Origin: Nemertoderma westbladi
Taxonomy: Eukaryota > Animalia > Xenacoelomorpha
Length of the DNA stretch: 64,000 bases
Assembly (NCBI GenBank): GCA_032718475.1
Contig: JAUCBJ010008594.1
Location: 77,249-141,248, forward strand
Reading direction: 5' to 3'
Below the pieces are notes generated by a model. It had not been told where the DNA came from. It saw only the letters and a list, made by a program, of their open reading frames with translations, and made no database searches. Both the position numbers and the translations under genes were made by a program. Positions within the stretch are counted from its first letter, which is position 1; each line of letters starts with the position of its first letter. Shown one piece after another: positions 25,840-38,889 of the stretch.

Positions 25840-26521
25840 ACAGGAACTGTTTCTGCAGCTGCTAACGTATGGTAGACCCCTCGTAGGTGTCCCTTGCAGA
25901 TGCGACGGTTGTGGCGCTGGGTTTGATCTCAACCACGGGTTGAATTGTAAGAAGGGTGGTCTAGTGATTCAGCGTCATAACGAGCTCCGCGACGCAGTCG
26001 GTGACCTCGCGGCCCTGGCATTCGGACCGCGAAACGTTATGCTCGAGCCAGTGGTCCGCGAGCAGCACGAGGATGGCGACGGGGCTGGTCTGCGATGCGA
26101 TGTCGGCATTAGGGGAGCGTTCAGTACCCAGACACAGGCGTTGATTGACATACGTACAATTAACCTTGACGCCGTGTCTTATGCTGGGCGCTCCGTGAGG
26201 TCGGTATTGGAGTCAGCGGAAGAGGAGAAGAAACGCTTATATACAGCCGCAGTTTCCGCCCGCCGAGGTGATTTCTCCCCTTTCGTCGCCTCATGCGACG
26301 GCATACTGGCACCGCAGGCCAATAAGCTGTTGCGAATCATCGCAGACCGCCTACACACCAACTGGGGGAAACCATACAGTTCGGTAATGGGGTGGGTGCG
26401 TGCACGCATATCGTTCGCGATAATCCGCGGCACTTCCCATTGCCTGCGAGGGTCGCGGGTGAGATGGCGAAGCGGTTTGGGGCTTGAGGACGGCGCCGGG
26501 ATACCAGGGGGCTTTGCTTAG
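25840..26521 (+). mobile_element. 3' fragment of a second CRE-like non-LTR retrotransposon (CCHC finger plus RLE endonuclease)
   Basis: CRCDGCG....NHGLNCKKGG..IQRHNELRD...EP...LRCDV....IDIR....EEEKKRLY...FSPFV.SCDG...ISFAIIR....CLRGSR. Confidence 0.85.
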
Positions 26522-26702
26522 AGTGTTTGATCGATTATGCGGGGACTGGTATGGTATATTACATAATTATTGCTCATTGTAACTGTGTAATGGAGTTGTT
26601 ACCATCTGTACTGCAAGCAATATGCTATTGATCATTTAGTGCGTTTTTGCGAAAATTATAATATACATATCGGAATAATAAACGTTACGGTAGAGTGTAA
26701 CA

Positions 26703-27192
26703 TACAGTACAGTAGGTAGTACCGTTAGTAGGCAGTACAGTACAGTAGGTAGTACCGTTAGTAGGCAGTACAGTACAGTAGGTAGTACCGTTAGTAGGCA
26801 GTACAGTACAGTAGGTAGTACCGTTAGTAGGCAGTACAGTACAGTAGGTAGTACCGTTAGTAGGCAGTACAGTACAGTAGGTAGTACCGTTCGTAGGCAG
26901 TACAGTACAGTAGGTAGTACCGTTAGTAGGCAGTACAGTACAGTAGGTAGTACCGTTCGTAGGCAGTACAGTACAGTAGGTAGTACCGTTAGTAGGCAGT
27001 ACAGTACAGTAGGTAGTACCGTTAGTAGGCAGTGCAGTACAGTAGGTAGTACCGATAGTAGGCAGTACAGTACAGTAGGTAGTACCGTTAGTAGGCAGTA
27101 CAGTACAGTAGGTAGTACCGATAGTAGGCAGTACAGTACAGTAGGTAGTACCGTTAGTAGGCAGTACAGTACAGTAGGTAGTACCGTTAGGC
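26703..27192. repeat. 33-bp minisatellite, about 15 copies
   Basis: Unit TACAGTACAGTAGGTAGTACCGTTAGTAGGCAG with few variants. Confidence 0.95.
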
Positions 27193-28059
27193 CTACAGAA
27201 AGATAAGATACAATTTGATACAGATGACATTTGAGATACAATTTTAATTTCCCTCCAATTTAGTTATCCTTTGTTACTAAAACCAATCAAACAACTCCAA
27301 ATTTGTAATATTAACGTAAAATGGTCTATAGAGCTAACACAAGGGCTCGTGTTAGCTATATTTTTTTCATGTCCCTTCCCGGGCTCCGTACTGCCTCTCT
27401 GCCTCTGGGCTGGGTAAAATGTATGTTTTCGATTCCCGGGAATCAGAGTGGTACCCGGAGACCAAAACATAGCCCGGAGAATCCAAAGATCAGTGACAAG
27501 TCTCTGTTTCAACTCTATTTATAATGGCTTCATATCACTGATAATACTAACGCCGTTAAGTAATGGTGATATATTCTATAATATAAAATTATTCTAAATT
27601 CGGCAAAATGCCGTACAGTTTTACCAATTATTATGCAGACCTATCAATCATCTTCAGATCTTTGCATTCAATTTTACCATCCATTCTTATTATCCAAACA
27701 TTAAAATTCCCAATGCTGCCAATATTATGATACCGGGTTATCAAACTCTAAAACCAATACGATAGTATAACTGGATAGATTAAATGGGCAACCTTATTGG
27801 TAGAATACATATAGCATTATTATCATTTTTCTGGCATAATTTGTTTTATAGCTAATGGTAATTATATATCCTCCTATCTTACTTATTAAATATTAATTTA
27901 TTAATTAAAGTATTCTGAGATGGACTAATAACAACTGTTCAAATATTATTAGTATTTTTATTTTGCAATGAAAAAATATAAGTACTCTATAAAATACCGT
28001 TTTGGAAATTAATTAAATTACTATAATAATTGTTTACTCTAATATTTGATTTTATCAAC

Positions 28060-28124
28060 ATGTTGTGGACAATCTTTGTTGATATTTGTCTGTTGGGGTT
28101 CGTGTTTTTTACTTCTTTGATCTT
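28060..28124 (+). CDS. CYP exon 1 (membrane anchor)
   Basis: ATG..MLWTIFVDICLLGFVFFTSLI; donor GTAAGT, phase 2, joins exon 2 in frame. Confidence 0.75.
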
Positions 28125-28833
28125 GTAAGTTTGTATCCTACCTAATTATATAAACTTTATTTTACTGTGTAGTTTAAATCTACTTTATACAATTTATTGA
28201 TTGAATCTTTCATTTCGCGCGGAGACGGGGGGGGGGGGGGGGGGGGGAGGTGGGACTGGACTCAAATCCCACCTTGGCGAATTAATATCCCGCCTCAATG
28301 TTCAAACCAAAACAATAAACTCAACACAATAGAACAGGCTACAGTTTTAATTTTGGGAGTAATCAGCTGTAATTTTCGTTTGGAGATGGATGAATTTTAT
28401 GGCGTCCAGCCCCCCCCCCCCCCACTGTGTGACAGTATAAGATTTATTTTGAACTGAAGTACGACAGTAGGTCTACGCACTGTTATTGACAGATTGTCGC
28501 AAAGAACCATCGTCAGTTATCATAGGCCTACAGCCCTTCGTAAAACTGAAACGAGTGCTCTACCAGGGGGTCAAGCAATTTCACGAATAAAATTACATAT
28601 AAAAAATAATAGTTATTTTTGTTTTCGATGACCTCGTCAAAAAGTAAACACCCTCTCTGGGAGTAGGCAGAAAAATTCAATACCTTAATAGTTCTTTAGC
28701 TAATTACTGCACCTACATCACCATATACAGTAGCTTTTTTATTAATATTATTTTCGTGGAATTAATTTTTTATATGAGCAATGTTTTTTGTTGTTATTTT
28801 GCTATTAATTGATACTTGTTTTTTACTTGTTAG

Positions 28834-28980
28834 CTGGTCTTGGAGGAAGCAACGATTATTCTCAGAATTAGGGATCCCTGGCCCACGGCCTTTACCTTTG
28901 TTTGGGAATATCTTATCATATGGTAAAGGGATGCACGAATTCGATATGAAATGCACTAAGAAATACGGCAAAACATTCGG
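28834..28980 (+). CDS. CYP exon 2
   Basis: TAG acceptor; WSWRKQRLFSELGIPGPRPLPLFGN...KKYGKTFG; donor GTGAGT. Confidence 0.92.
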
Positions 28981-29399
28981 GTGAGTTACCTAAACAATTT
29001 AGAAAGTGTTTATCCCTCCGAAAACGGTGTCTTTGTATTTTATATATAATAACTATTTACATACTTGTGTGTAAAGTAGCACTTTACAGTGTGACGAGTG
29101 GCTTTGTTACACGAACGAACGTTAGTGAGTGAGTGAAAATAAAGCCACGAGGATCAGAACACTGTAAAGTACTTTGCAACAAGGACGTATGTAGTTTTAT
29201 TCAAAATTTTAACATTACGAAATGATTGTACATATACATTATAAGTGATAGAAACTGCACAAATTATATTAGTTACTGTATAAATAAATGTAAAAATTAA
29301 TTACATAAATTATGTTATAAATAAGTTAGCTTATATTTATAGTTGCGTTTGGAGCCATGTTATAATAATATAGCTAGACCCTACTGGTTAAATAGCTAT

Positions 29400-30101
29400 T
29401 GGTGTCTAGTGCTGGTCTTTTTATTAACTCCAGAAAGACCAAATTTTTGACCGTTAACTTTGAAAGTCCTCAGCAAGTCTCTGATTGGATGAGCATAAGC
29501 TCAAAGGATGGTATGGTGAGGACCTTCAAATACGTAAGGGAAAGGTTTGGGCAACCTTGAGTAGGCTTTCCAGGATTTGGAAGTAACCGAGAATTAATCG
29601 GAAACTTAAGGTCCGATTATTTAGAGCAGCAGTAGTTCCAGTACTCCTCTATGGGAGTCCATGCTGGGCTCTAACTGCTGAGGACACCAAATCTCTGGAT
29701 GGCACATTCACAAGAATGATACGTCGGGTTCATTGTGTCAAGTACAATGCACACATCTCCAACCAGACACTATATAACATTGGAGGTGTCTCATTGGTTC
29801 CCCCAAGCTTGACACTAGAACAAAATCGCCTCCGCTTTGCAGGACATTGCTTTCGCCGTGATGACCAGCCAGTGCATAATCTTGTACTTTGGCAGCCTCA
29901 TGGAGTGAATAAGCATGGTGGACAGCCCATGACTTTCTTGAGATGCATCTTAAAGGACACTGGCCTTGAAGATGCGGATGATCTAGCAAATGTCATGGGT
30001 GATAGGGAGTTATGGCGGCGCAATTTTGTCGACAAGCCGGCACAGCATTCTTAAAAATGCAGCTGCAATGCAGCATACCGATCCTAGTAGTAGTAGTAGT
30101 G
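29400..30101 (+). mobile_element. 5'-truncated RTE LINE copy in CYP intron 2
   Basis: Near-identical to 23580-24580(-); (TAG)n tail; TSD AATAGCTAT at 29391-29399 and 30102-30110. Confidence 0.9.
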
Positions 30102-31689
30102 AATAGCTATACCCCGCCTACCGGTACGTAAATGCAGTAGGACTATCTGGCTGTCAGGCAAATTTCCACCTATTGTTTACGTGGTATCCAATGACGGCGT
30201 TAGTAATGTCCCCTTAGTGCACATTACTTATCGTCGCCATGGGTTACCATGTAAATAATAACACCAAATACAATACTAAATGTACAGGCCAATACAATGC
30301 TGTAATGTCCTCTAAAGTTGTAAAGTGCTAAATAACAACTCGATGTTAATACTAACGGCGTTGAGTCATGTTACAATTTTGGAATAAATTGGTACGAAAT
30401 GAAAATTACATGGTTTAACACTGAAGCATTTTTCTCATAAAAGTTGCTAAACGGAATATTTGGAATACATTGTCACACGTTTTAACCCTTTTTTCCCTAG
30501 TCCGATTCGACTTGTAGTCAAAGTAAAAAAAGTATTACATGTGTCAATACCTTTAACAAGTAGCTTTGGAACTTCTGAACCCCTGTTCCAAATTCATGAT
30601 TCGTTTTGAAGCACGTTGCGTGGAAGCACGTTACACATGGTAGATTTACAGTACCGGTAGAGCTAAAATGGTGGTGCGCTTGAACCGCAACTGCCACAAA
30701 CATTATATTTATGCATTACAAAACATGCTGTCTATATTATCAAGTTGTCAGTTATTATTAATCAGCAGAACAATGTAGTCCATGAACTGCCAAAGTTTCT
30801 AAAATCAATCTGTTTACAATCTTCCAAATAGAGAATGTGTGTGTGCAGGATTCTTGCTTTTGGAGCATGGTGGTGCTTTCTTTTTGAATTTTTTTTTTCA
30901 AATACAACTTATTACAACGTTTTAATTTCATGGCCCTTTCTATCCATCATCCCTCTCCAGGGGTGATTCGACGCAAATAGCAGCTGATTACTCTGTAATC
31001 TTAAATTGTAAACTGTTCTATTGTGTTTAGTTTATTGTTTTGGTTAAAATAACGTGCCACTGTAACCGGCTCCTTTCCCTAAATTGAGAATGAGAATTTA
31101 TCATTGAGGCGGGATATTAATTCGCCAAGGCGGGTTTTGCCTCCACTTTTCCCCCTTTTCTCAGTTGTCTAAAGTTCTTATTGACACTAAATACTGAGAT
31201 GAAGTCGAAAAAACTAAACACCTACCAACGACTGCTTACTAAAGTATCAGGGAGGAAGATTGGGGCTGGAATAATTATTGTTCATGGCAGGAATATCCAA
31301 TGTGAACTAGTGAACTCTCTAAAGCAACTCTAATTCGATATATATTGTGGAATATTAAATTTCTGTGAATCTAAAATAATTTGAATTGAATTACTTTGTT
31401 GCGATTTTGTAACTTATGTTGATTATTTTTGTTGTGACTGAATATAATTAATAATTAGTAGTAATTATAATTAATACTAGATTATTACTCTTAGCATTAC
31501 AATCATTTAGATTTGTTGAAGTCCGTGTGGGGTGGGTTACCTACCTGGGATTTAGAACAACACAATAAATCGATGGGTCAAACGTTCGACTCACGCCTAA
31601 TTCCTCTCGCCTTATGCCGCCAATGTCATATTTGTTTACTGTTTTTTGTTATGCTATGAAACAACAAAAAAGCTAAGCAAAGCATACAT

Positions 31690-31811
31690 TAGACCGAAGC
31701 TGGAAGCGACCCAAGGGCTCCTCTTTCGATAGCTGCTACCCGAAGCGCCGAAGGTAGGGGTGGGCGCTACTCCCTTACCAAGATATGCTCCCAGTTATTT
31801 AACTGGTACTC
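31690..31811 (-). mobile_element. 3' fragment of the same SINE family as 22662-23107
   Basis: Reverse complement of about 22974-23088 (GGGCTCCTCTTTCGATAGCTGCTACCCGA...GGTAGGGGTGGGCGCTACTCC). Confidence 0.8.
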
Positions 31812-32424
31812 AACAAGGAGGAACACGAGTGGGGCCTTTGTCCAGCAAAAGCTGCAAGCCATCTCAGCGAACAATTATAATTATACTATGGCTAGTTATA
31901 TATTGGCTTCCGACACACACGCACAGACTTTTGGAAAACGGCCATAGTATAATTATAACAGTTCGCTGATGGCTCGCAGTTTTGACTCGCCCCAATGAAA
32001 CAACAAGGAAATCGTAAAACCAAACAAGCATATTGATGAATAAGCCTAATGTACAGTATAACTTCTCACCGTATTCATAAAAAATGTGGATGCGAATTGA
32101 TTAAATTTACAACGTGATTATTTTGTTATCCACACAATTCATTCCTCGAGGGTTTTACACTTTAAGTGAAACATAAATAGTGGTTTTCGCCCAGTAAATC
32201 CTTCATGCTTTTGTAAAATTTGTTGTCAACTTCCAATTTAGACTGCTTAGAGCTCGATTGGTCTAATAGAAACAAATTATTGAATATTTCACCCAAAATA
32301 TTTCCTTGTTGTAACACATTTTAGGAATGTTATCGTGTGGTTTTGTTTTATGTCTAGTTATTTCGGAATTTTCGATTAAATGTTTCTCGGTTTTATATTA
32401 TTATTTCCATTGTGATCGTTTCAG

Positions 32425-32521
32425 GATATACGAAGGCGCTTTCAGCATGTTGGTTACTTCGGATCCGGAGTTAATTAAGGCCATTTGTATCAAAGAATTC
32501 TCTAAATTTACTAACCGACGG
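32425..32521 (+). CDS. CYP exon 3
   Basis: CAG acceptor; IYEGAFSMLVTSDPELIKAICIKEFSKFTNRR; donor GTGAGT. Confidence 0.92.
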
Positions 32522-32857
32522 GTGAGTTGGTGTACGGCTACCGGTGCGGTAGGCCTACTCGCGGTAGACCCACCCCAACTCATACACTGTAGGTCCTTGT
32601 CGGCTAACGAAAGTTATTGGCAACATTCTGGGATAATATGGAATACCATATTTAATTAATTATTTATTTAGTTAACCCGGCATATTATAATTAATCTTAT
32701 AAATATTATTATATTAAATATTTATCTTATATAATATTTATACAAACTATTTCATAAATTGATTTTTTTTCAAATCCGATTTCAAATTCGTCCATTATAT
32801 AAAATTTATGTTTGTTAAAAATTTCGTTATGTTATGGAATTACTTTCATTATTGTAG

Positions 32858-32974
32858 CGCTTCGAGGATGGAGACACTCGTTTACAAAGCATGATAACTC
32901 GGGCTCAGGATGAACAATGGCACCGTTTGAGAACAACGTTAACACCAATTATGAGTGGAAATAAACTAAAACAG
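32858..32974 (+). CDS. CYP exon 4
   Basis: TAG acceptor; ...QDEQWHRLRTTLTPIMSGNKLKQ (WxxxR motif); donor GTCGGT. Confidence 0.88.
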
Positions 32975-35097
32975 GTCGGTAGTTGTTGGAATAAACTGAA
33001 ACAGGTCGCTAGTTGGAATTGATATCTAACCTCAATGTTATTTTATATATTAAGGGGAAGTAACAGGTTTTATACACTGACACGTTAATCTAACCAAAAC
33101 AATAAACAAATTCAATAGAAGAAGTTACAGTTTTATTTTCAGGAGTGATTCTCTCCCCCTATCTGCCGATTATGTTGCGATATATGGCGTTGTGTGTAAA
33201 ATAACCCTTTATACAGTATAGAACAGATTAGATAAGGTGTATTAATGTGCAACCGTAATACTGTATAATTAGAGAGGGTAAGTAAAATACACACGTTCGT
33301 TTATATTCAGCCGATTTTATACAGTATGTAGCCTCAATTACGTAAAGTTTACAATAAAACCCAAGTATATTAATTTGCGGTGGCAAACTTCTATAAAACA
33401 AAATATGAATTTGCCGTTTCCGAATATCTATCGAATCCAATATATTTGTGCTAATTTAATTTACATTTCTCTATAAATCAATGTTTGTGCTAAATTAACG
33501 TCTCAATTGTGCTTTTAATAATCGCCAAATTAAGTTAAGGCCATTATGTGCTTCTGCCCACTGGTTGGTCGAAAACCCAGCTGAGAGAACTCTGGATTTC
33601 GCCTGATCATGTGAGCAGATTTAGACATTGCGTCATTCTTACAGTTTTAGCTGTAGCCATCTTAAATCTTTGTTATTTGCACTTCCGTTTTGATTGTAAT
33701 TTGCTGCTTTCTTCTGTAACTTCGTGACTTTGATGAAATGATTACTGCTTGATCAGACTCTTGATTTATATTTCTTATTGTTAATAATAATTCGCTGCAA
33801 TGTAGTAAATCTAAATCAACGATTTTTTCTTCGACTGTCTGACTGTCTGACTGTCTGACTGTGTTTTACTATGGCTAGCTTGTCTGACTGTCTTGCCATG
33901 TTTTACACCGTTACGGTAACCACCCGTTTTAGCATGCTGGGGGCCGCCAAATAAATAAATAAACTATAAATATAAATATAAATAACTATAAATATAAATA
34001 GTGAGCCCGCTATGCGGGCTCACTATTCGGAAGCGACGGAAGGAAGGTTGGAGGATCCAATGCACGACACTACCGGAGGGACTGGCTGACTGGTGGTTGC
34101 GGTCGGGCTGATTTAAATTGAAGATCGGGGGTCGGTCGCCATTAAGGCTGTAAGGGGGAAGGTAACCTAGATTTTGTGTCTCTGTCTGCTGATTAGTTAG
34201 GCGGAAATATCATATTGATTTGGGGTAATCTTATCCGATTACGCTAGTGCTACGCTAATGCTATGCTAAATGTGGCTAATGCTACGCTAACGCTATTTGT
34301 TATTGTTGCACTTATTGTTATTGTTATTGTATTGTTCCGAAATGCTTGATTCTATTGTAATGTTTTAGATAGGCGCTATTTGATTGTTTTCTATTTCTAA
34401 ATTTATGCTTGTTAAATTGCTGTTACCGGTAGGTCAAATAACACGGTCTTTAGGCTGTCTCTAGTGTAACCCAGTAGCGTAACTAGTTAGTGTTACAAAT
34501 TCTGGAATACCTAGTAATTAGTTCGCAACTCCGTACGTTTGAGAAATTGTAGTTTATGCTAGTATTTAGAACAAAATAAGGATTTCGTACGCTGCATAGC
34601 GGAGAATAGTTTGGTTATTTACGCTTAGGAAATATCTTGGACTAATCTAGGCTAGGCGGTTATCCTAAAATAGTGGGTTCGCAAGTTTACAGTAGTCGCA
34701 ACGCAAGCGTAGCTAAGCAGTAATATTGCTGATTACAGTCAGCGCTAAGATTATCAGAATCAAATAAATGATTTTCGCCTTTATTCGCAACATTAAATAT
34801 TCTCACATTCAACTTTTGTCCGCCTGACGAACTGCTTTCTTTCTCTGTGAAGGGTGAACGATAGAGTGTCAAATCACCTACACTCGTATTAAGTAGCTTG
34901 GGAAGCCAAATCAGGTTTATTGTTTTGGTTATTTCTGTTTCGGCTTGTGCTTAGGGCAATTAGCTTGGTATGTTATAGTTTGATTAAACCCTTTGTTTCA
35001 TTCGAAAATAAAAATCTTATCAAAAGAAAGGATCCCCTTTGAGATTTCTAACAGTAATCGGATCTCTTTCGGGGGCTTTTAACAGATTACTTTGTAG

Positions 35098-35335
35098 ATG
35101 ATTTCTTTGGTGGACCATTGCGCCGTCAATCTCAACACAATTATCGCCAAGGCAGCTGCTACGGGGGAGGCGGTCGAGCTAAAAGATTTATTTGGTGGAT
35201 TCAGTATCAACGTTATTGCGGAATGCGGATTTAGCGTTAGAGTTGACTCTTCAGGGGACAAGAATGACCCATTTCTCTACCACGTTAAGAAGGCTTTTCT
35301 CACCAACTTTTTCAAACCCATGATCCTTCTTATCC
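35098..35335 (+). CDS. CYP exon 5
   Basis: TAG acceptor; MISLVDHC...VELKDLFGGFSINVIAECGFSV...DPF; donor GTGAGT, phase 1. Confidence 0.88.
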
Positions 35336-35571
35336 GTGAGTTGAATTGTTTTATAGCAACAGTACTATAATAGGACGGACATATTTTTAGTTTATTTAGT
35401 TACTATTTGGGGTGAGGGTGAGCTACGACGTCTGTGAGCCTCTAGCTGACATTCCGTTTTTAGTTCCGGTCAAACCGGCATTGTCCGCTTGTTTGTCCGT
35501 CAGTCAGTCCGTCCGTCCGTCTGCCCTAATGTTTGAATCCTCTCCTTATATTAATTTGTTTAATGTTTCAG

Positions 35572-35711
35572 TGATGTTCCCAAATGCCTGTCCTCCCATA
35601 TTATCGAAGCTTAAGATATTTTCAATTTTACCGAAAAACTCAAAAGAATTCTTCAGTAACTTAATTAACGACATTCTTAGTAAAAGGGAAACTTCTAAAG
35701 ATTATATCGGG
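35572..35711 (+). CDS. CYP exon 6
   Basis: CAG acceptor; MFPNACPP...EFFSNLINDILSKRE; donor GTGAGA. Confidence 0.82.
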
Positions 35712-36548
35712 GTGAGAAACCATTATCTATTGTACTTGTATGTGTGTATATTATAGGCCTTCTTAAACTGTAGGTTGTGGGTGATGATGTAACGCTTGGG
35801 GTGGCTGAGAATTCACTGTTGCCACAAGCACTCTCTGAGCCAACTCCACGAACATTTATGTTTTAGAAGCACCTGAAAAACAACCGTTTAATTAAGCACA
35901 TTTTCAGACTGAATCTACAGTATCTGCTTTATAAGTAATATATTAATTATTGATTTATTATTATGTAAAAAAATGTAGTTTGTCCCTTGTTGTACGGTGT
36001 AATTTAGTTTACACCTTCCGTTGATATTTCACATTGATAGCAGTATAAAAGCAATAATAGTAAGGTTTAATCAGTTAGAACTTCAATTGCTGTTTCTGGC
36101 TGTAAGAGGTATGGGTTCGATAGACGAAAGGGGGCACTGGGGAGTTTTTGCTTTTAAAGGGACTATCTAGAGGGCTACTCTCTTAAAAGGTAGCTAGCTA
36201 AATGAGTACCCGTTTCCTCCGGGGAGTATAGTTCTGGGGGGACCGCACTGTAAATAAGTCGTCGGACTTTGCGCGTTGTCCATGGCTCACCGAATAAACT
36301 TTAAGTAATTGTTATAATTAAGTTTCAAACTTGAATCCATCCATATCACGGTTGATTATTTTGTATAATAATACATGTACTGAAATGTGACACTTTGTAA
36401 TATAATGTATTATACCGATAGTCCTAAATATAGGCCTAAATATATGACGTTCTATAATGGATTAGTTTACAGAAAGTGCGGATGAAGTGAACCAAATTTA
36501 CAGAATGTTGGCATATAATGGAAAGTCTTATAATTATTATTTCTGTAG

Positions 36549-36675
36549 AGAGTTGATTTTATGCAAACAATGCTGAATTCCTATGATAAGATTCAACCAG
36601 GTCACTCGGCTCTCAATAAGGTAGGGATGTCTCTGGATGAGGTATTCGCCCAAGGTCTACTATTCTTTATTGCAG
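36549..36675 (+). CDS. CYP exon 7
   Basis: TAG acceptor; RVDFMQTML...MSLDEVFAQGLLFFIAG; donor GTGGGT. Confidence 0.9.
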
Positions 36676-36756
36676 GTGGGTAGGTAGACCGAGGGGCATC
36701 GGGAATATCGAGCGGGAACTTTATTTCATTTATTTAGTTATTTAATAGCCAGAACA

Positions 36757-38045
36757 TTAACCCTATTTATCCCGGGTTATGGGGGGGGGGGGGGTGAGGG
36801 TGGGGGGGGGGGGGGGGGGATTTTGTAATTTATCTGTATTTTTAGTCAGATTTGATTGGAAAACCGAGATTTCGTGACTTTTCCTAAAGTTTAATGGGCT
36901 ATCTAACAGCGCAAACGCCAATTATATGGCTATGTTTTTCGTGCTGTGGTCCCATTCTGGTCCTATCTCACATATATTTCGTGCTAAAATAAACGAAATA
37001 AACAAGTTAGTGCAAGTATGATAATGTAAAAATGTAAAATGTAAAAAAAAAAAAAAAAATGTAAAAAACGAAATCAAACTTATTTTTTTGCCTTATGGGT
37101 TTTCTGTGATGCTAATCACGAATATGACACTAAATATATCGTCATATAATTGATTATGGCATTTTCCGGATATGTGTCAATGCGTCACGAAAAATACAAG
37201 TAGCAGAAATTTGAATAATCATAAATCATTACCGAACCAACCTAATTTTATGTCCTTGTGGGTTTTCTGTATACAGTAGCTGATATAACACTCAAATCAT
37301 AATGTTATCTGAATCATAATGTTATTTTTGACTATGTCGCAATGTAGCACGAAAAATACAAGAAGCAGCAATTGTTAATAAATTTGATGCTATCAAAAGA
37401 TCAAAGATCTTGAACAATTTCCATCGTGATCAGCGATCTCGAAAGGCCCTATAGCTTCAGAATTATCAAACCAAATTTAATCTGTGTCGGTTTGATACGT
37501 TATGCTAAAACTTGTATTTTACGTCTTGCCACACCACATTCACCTAAAACGATTGTTGCGATTCCATGAAAGATTTTTTACGAGTTGAATCGTATTCAGC
37601 GACCTTTAAAGCCAGTGTGGCCTCAGAATTACACAAACAAAGGCAAAATTTAACAGTTTAAAATTTTTCTACATTTTCTTTTCACTCTAGGGAACCAAAA
37701 TGGCCCTAAAAAATGATGTTTGCACTACCAGAAATATTATTAGGTAGTTTCATCGAAATCAGCGACCTCGAAACTCGTATATATTCAGAATTAACCAACC
37801 AAACACAACATTTTTAGTTTGGTATTTTTTCTACTTGTACTTTTCGTCCTGAGGGACCAGAAAAACACCAAAAAGTATGGTTAGAATGCCAGAAAATATT
37901 TTAAAGAAGTTATCGTGATCAGATACCTCGATAACCCTTATACTTTCATTATTGTAATTTTTCAGCCAAGGTCTAAAAAAAATATAAAATGACCCCCCCC
38001 CCCCCTTGTCCACTACGTAGTAAAAATGAAAATAGCCCTGTTAAA
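36757..38045. mobile_element. Probable non-autonomous DNA transposon remnant in intron 7
   Basis: Poly-G near the left end, poly-C near the right end, and recurring internal ATCAGCGACCTCGAAA-like subrepeats. Termini and TSD not resolved. Confidence 0.4.
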
Positions 38046-38278
38046 ATCAATGTTTTGTTATACAGTAGACAGCGCAATTAGTATTTACTGACATTCGGGT
38101 TGTTATGTTTGACTGCAGTTTAGGTTTGTTTGAAATGAAACGCAATGCATCTTTATTTACGTTTGTATATTTCCTTTAATACGAACCTACATATAAGCTG
38201 CAGTCAATTTTATTTAAATACATCAAAATGACTTGGAGGTTAATTTTTCAGAACAATAATTTTTTTCCGTCTTTTAAG

Positions 38279-38391
38279 GTTATGAAACGACATCGAACAC
38301 TTTAAGTTGGTGCTGCTACAATTTGGCTCTGAACCCTGATATTCAAGCTGCAGTCATAAATGAATTGGACGAACTAATTGACAATGATGTT
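38279..38391 (+). CDS. CYP exon 8
   Basis: AAG acceptor; GYETTSNTLSWCCYNLALNPDIQ...; donor GTAAGT. Confidence 0.92.
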
Positions 38392-38889
38392 GTAAGTAGT
38401 GGATATAACTGGATAGATTGTGGTTTATGTCGAACATCGCCTTTCACTAACTTTTATCTTGTTATTGATTTGTTTTAAAGTACTCGATTCTGTGTCATTG
38501 TTTATGTTTATATAACTATACAGTGTAATAAATAACAATAAGGCAATACATTTAATTGTGATGGGGCACTTGTGATTGGGAAATTGTGATTTAGCTAACA
38601 AAATTTATATTTTTAAATATATACATTAATAATTCATAATTGAAGAAAATAAAAGCAATAGGCCTACATTTAATCAATAGCAAATAAAAAAGTTTATGAA
38701 ACTCGTTTAACACTATTATTCTGTCTTTAATGCTAAAATTATTAAATATAAGCGTTGTGTAACTTCTATACAGTAAGTAGCTTATAGTAGCATCTTCCAT
38801 GTGTCCCAGTTGGAGGGACCGGCCATGGAGGGAGGCCCCATCAGTTGTATTATATTTTATTTATTTACATAATTTGCTATATATTGTAG

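Noticed and set aside
26636-27241. 201-aa and 181-aa repetitive ORFs
   Set aside because: Stop-free frames of the 33-bp minisatellite.
35031-35097. Possible degenerate duplication near the exon 5 acceptor (two GGATC...TAACAG blocks)
   Set aside because: Similarity is too weak, and it does not include the acceptor actually inferred.
35485-35525. (GTCC)n-like tract suggesting a DINE-1/Helentron remnant
   Set aside because: Too short, with no supporting inverted repeats identified.
36781-36819. Poly-G/poly-C tracts (also near 28226, 39878 and 40372) as regulatory G-quadruplexes
   Set aside because: They lie within repeat remnants, homopolymer lengths are error-prone, and there is no functional evidence.
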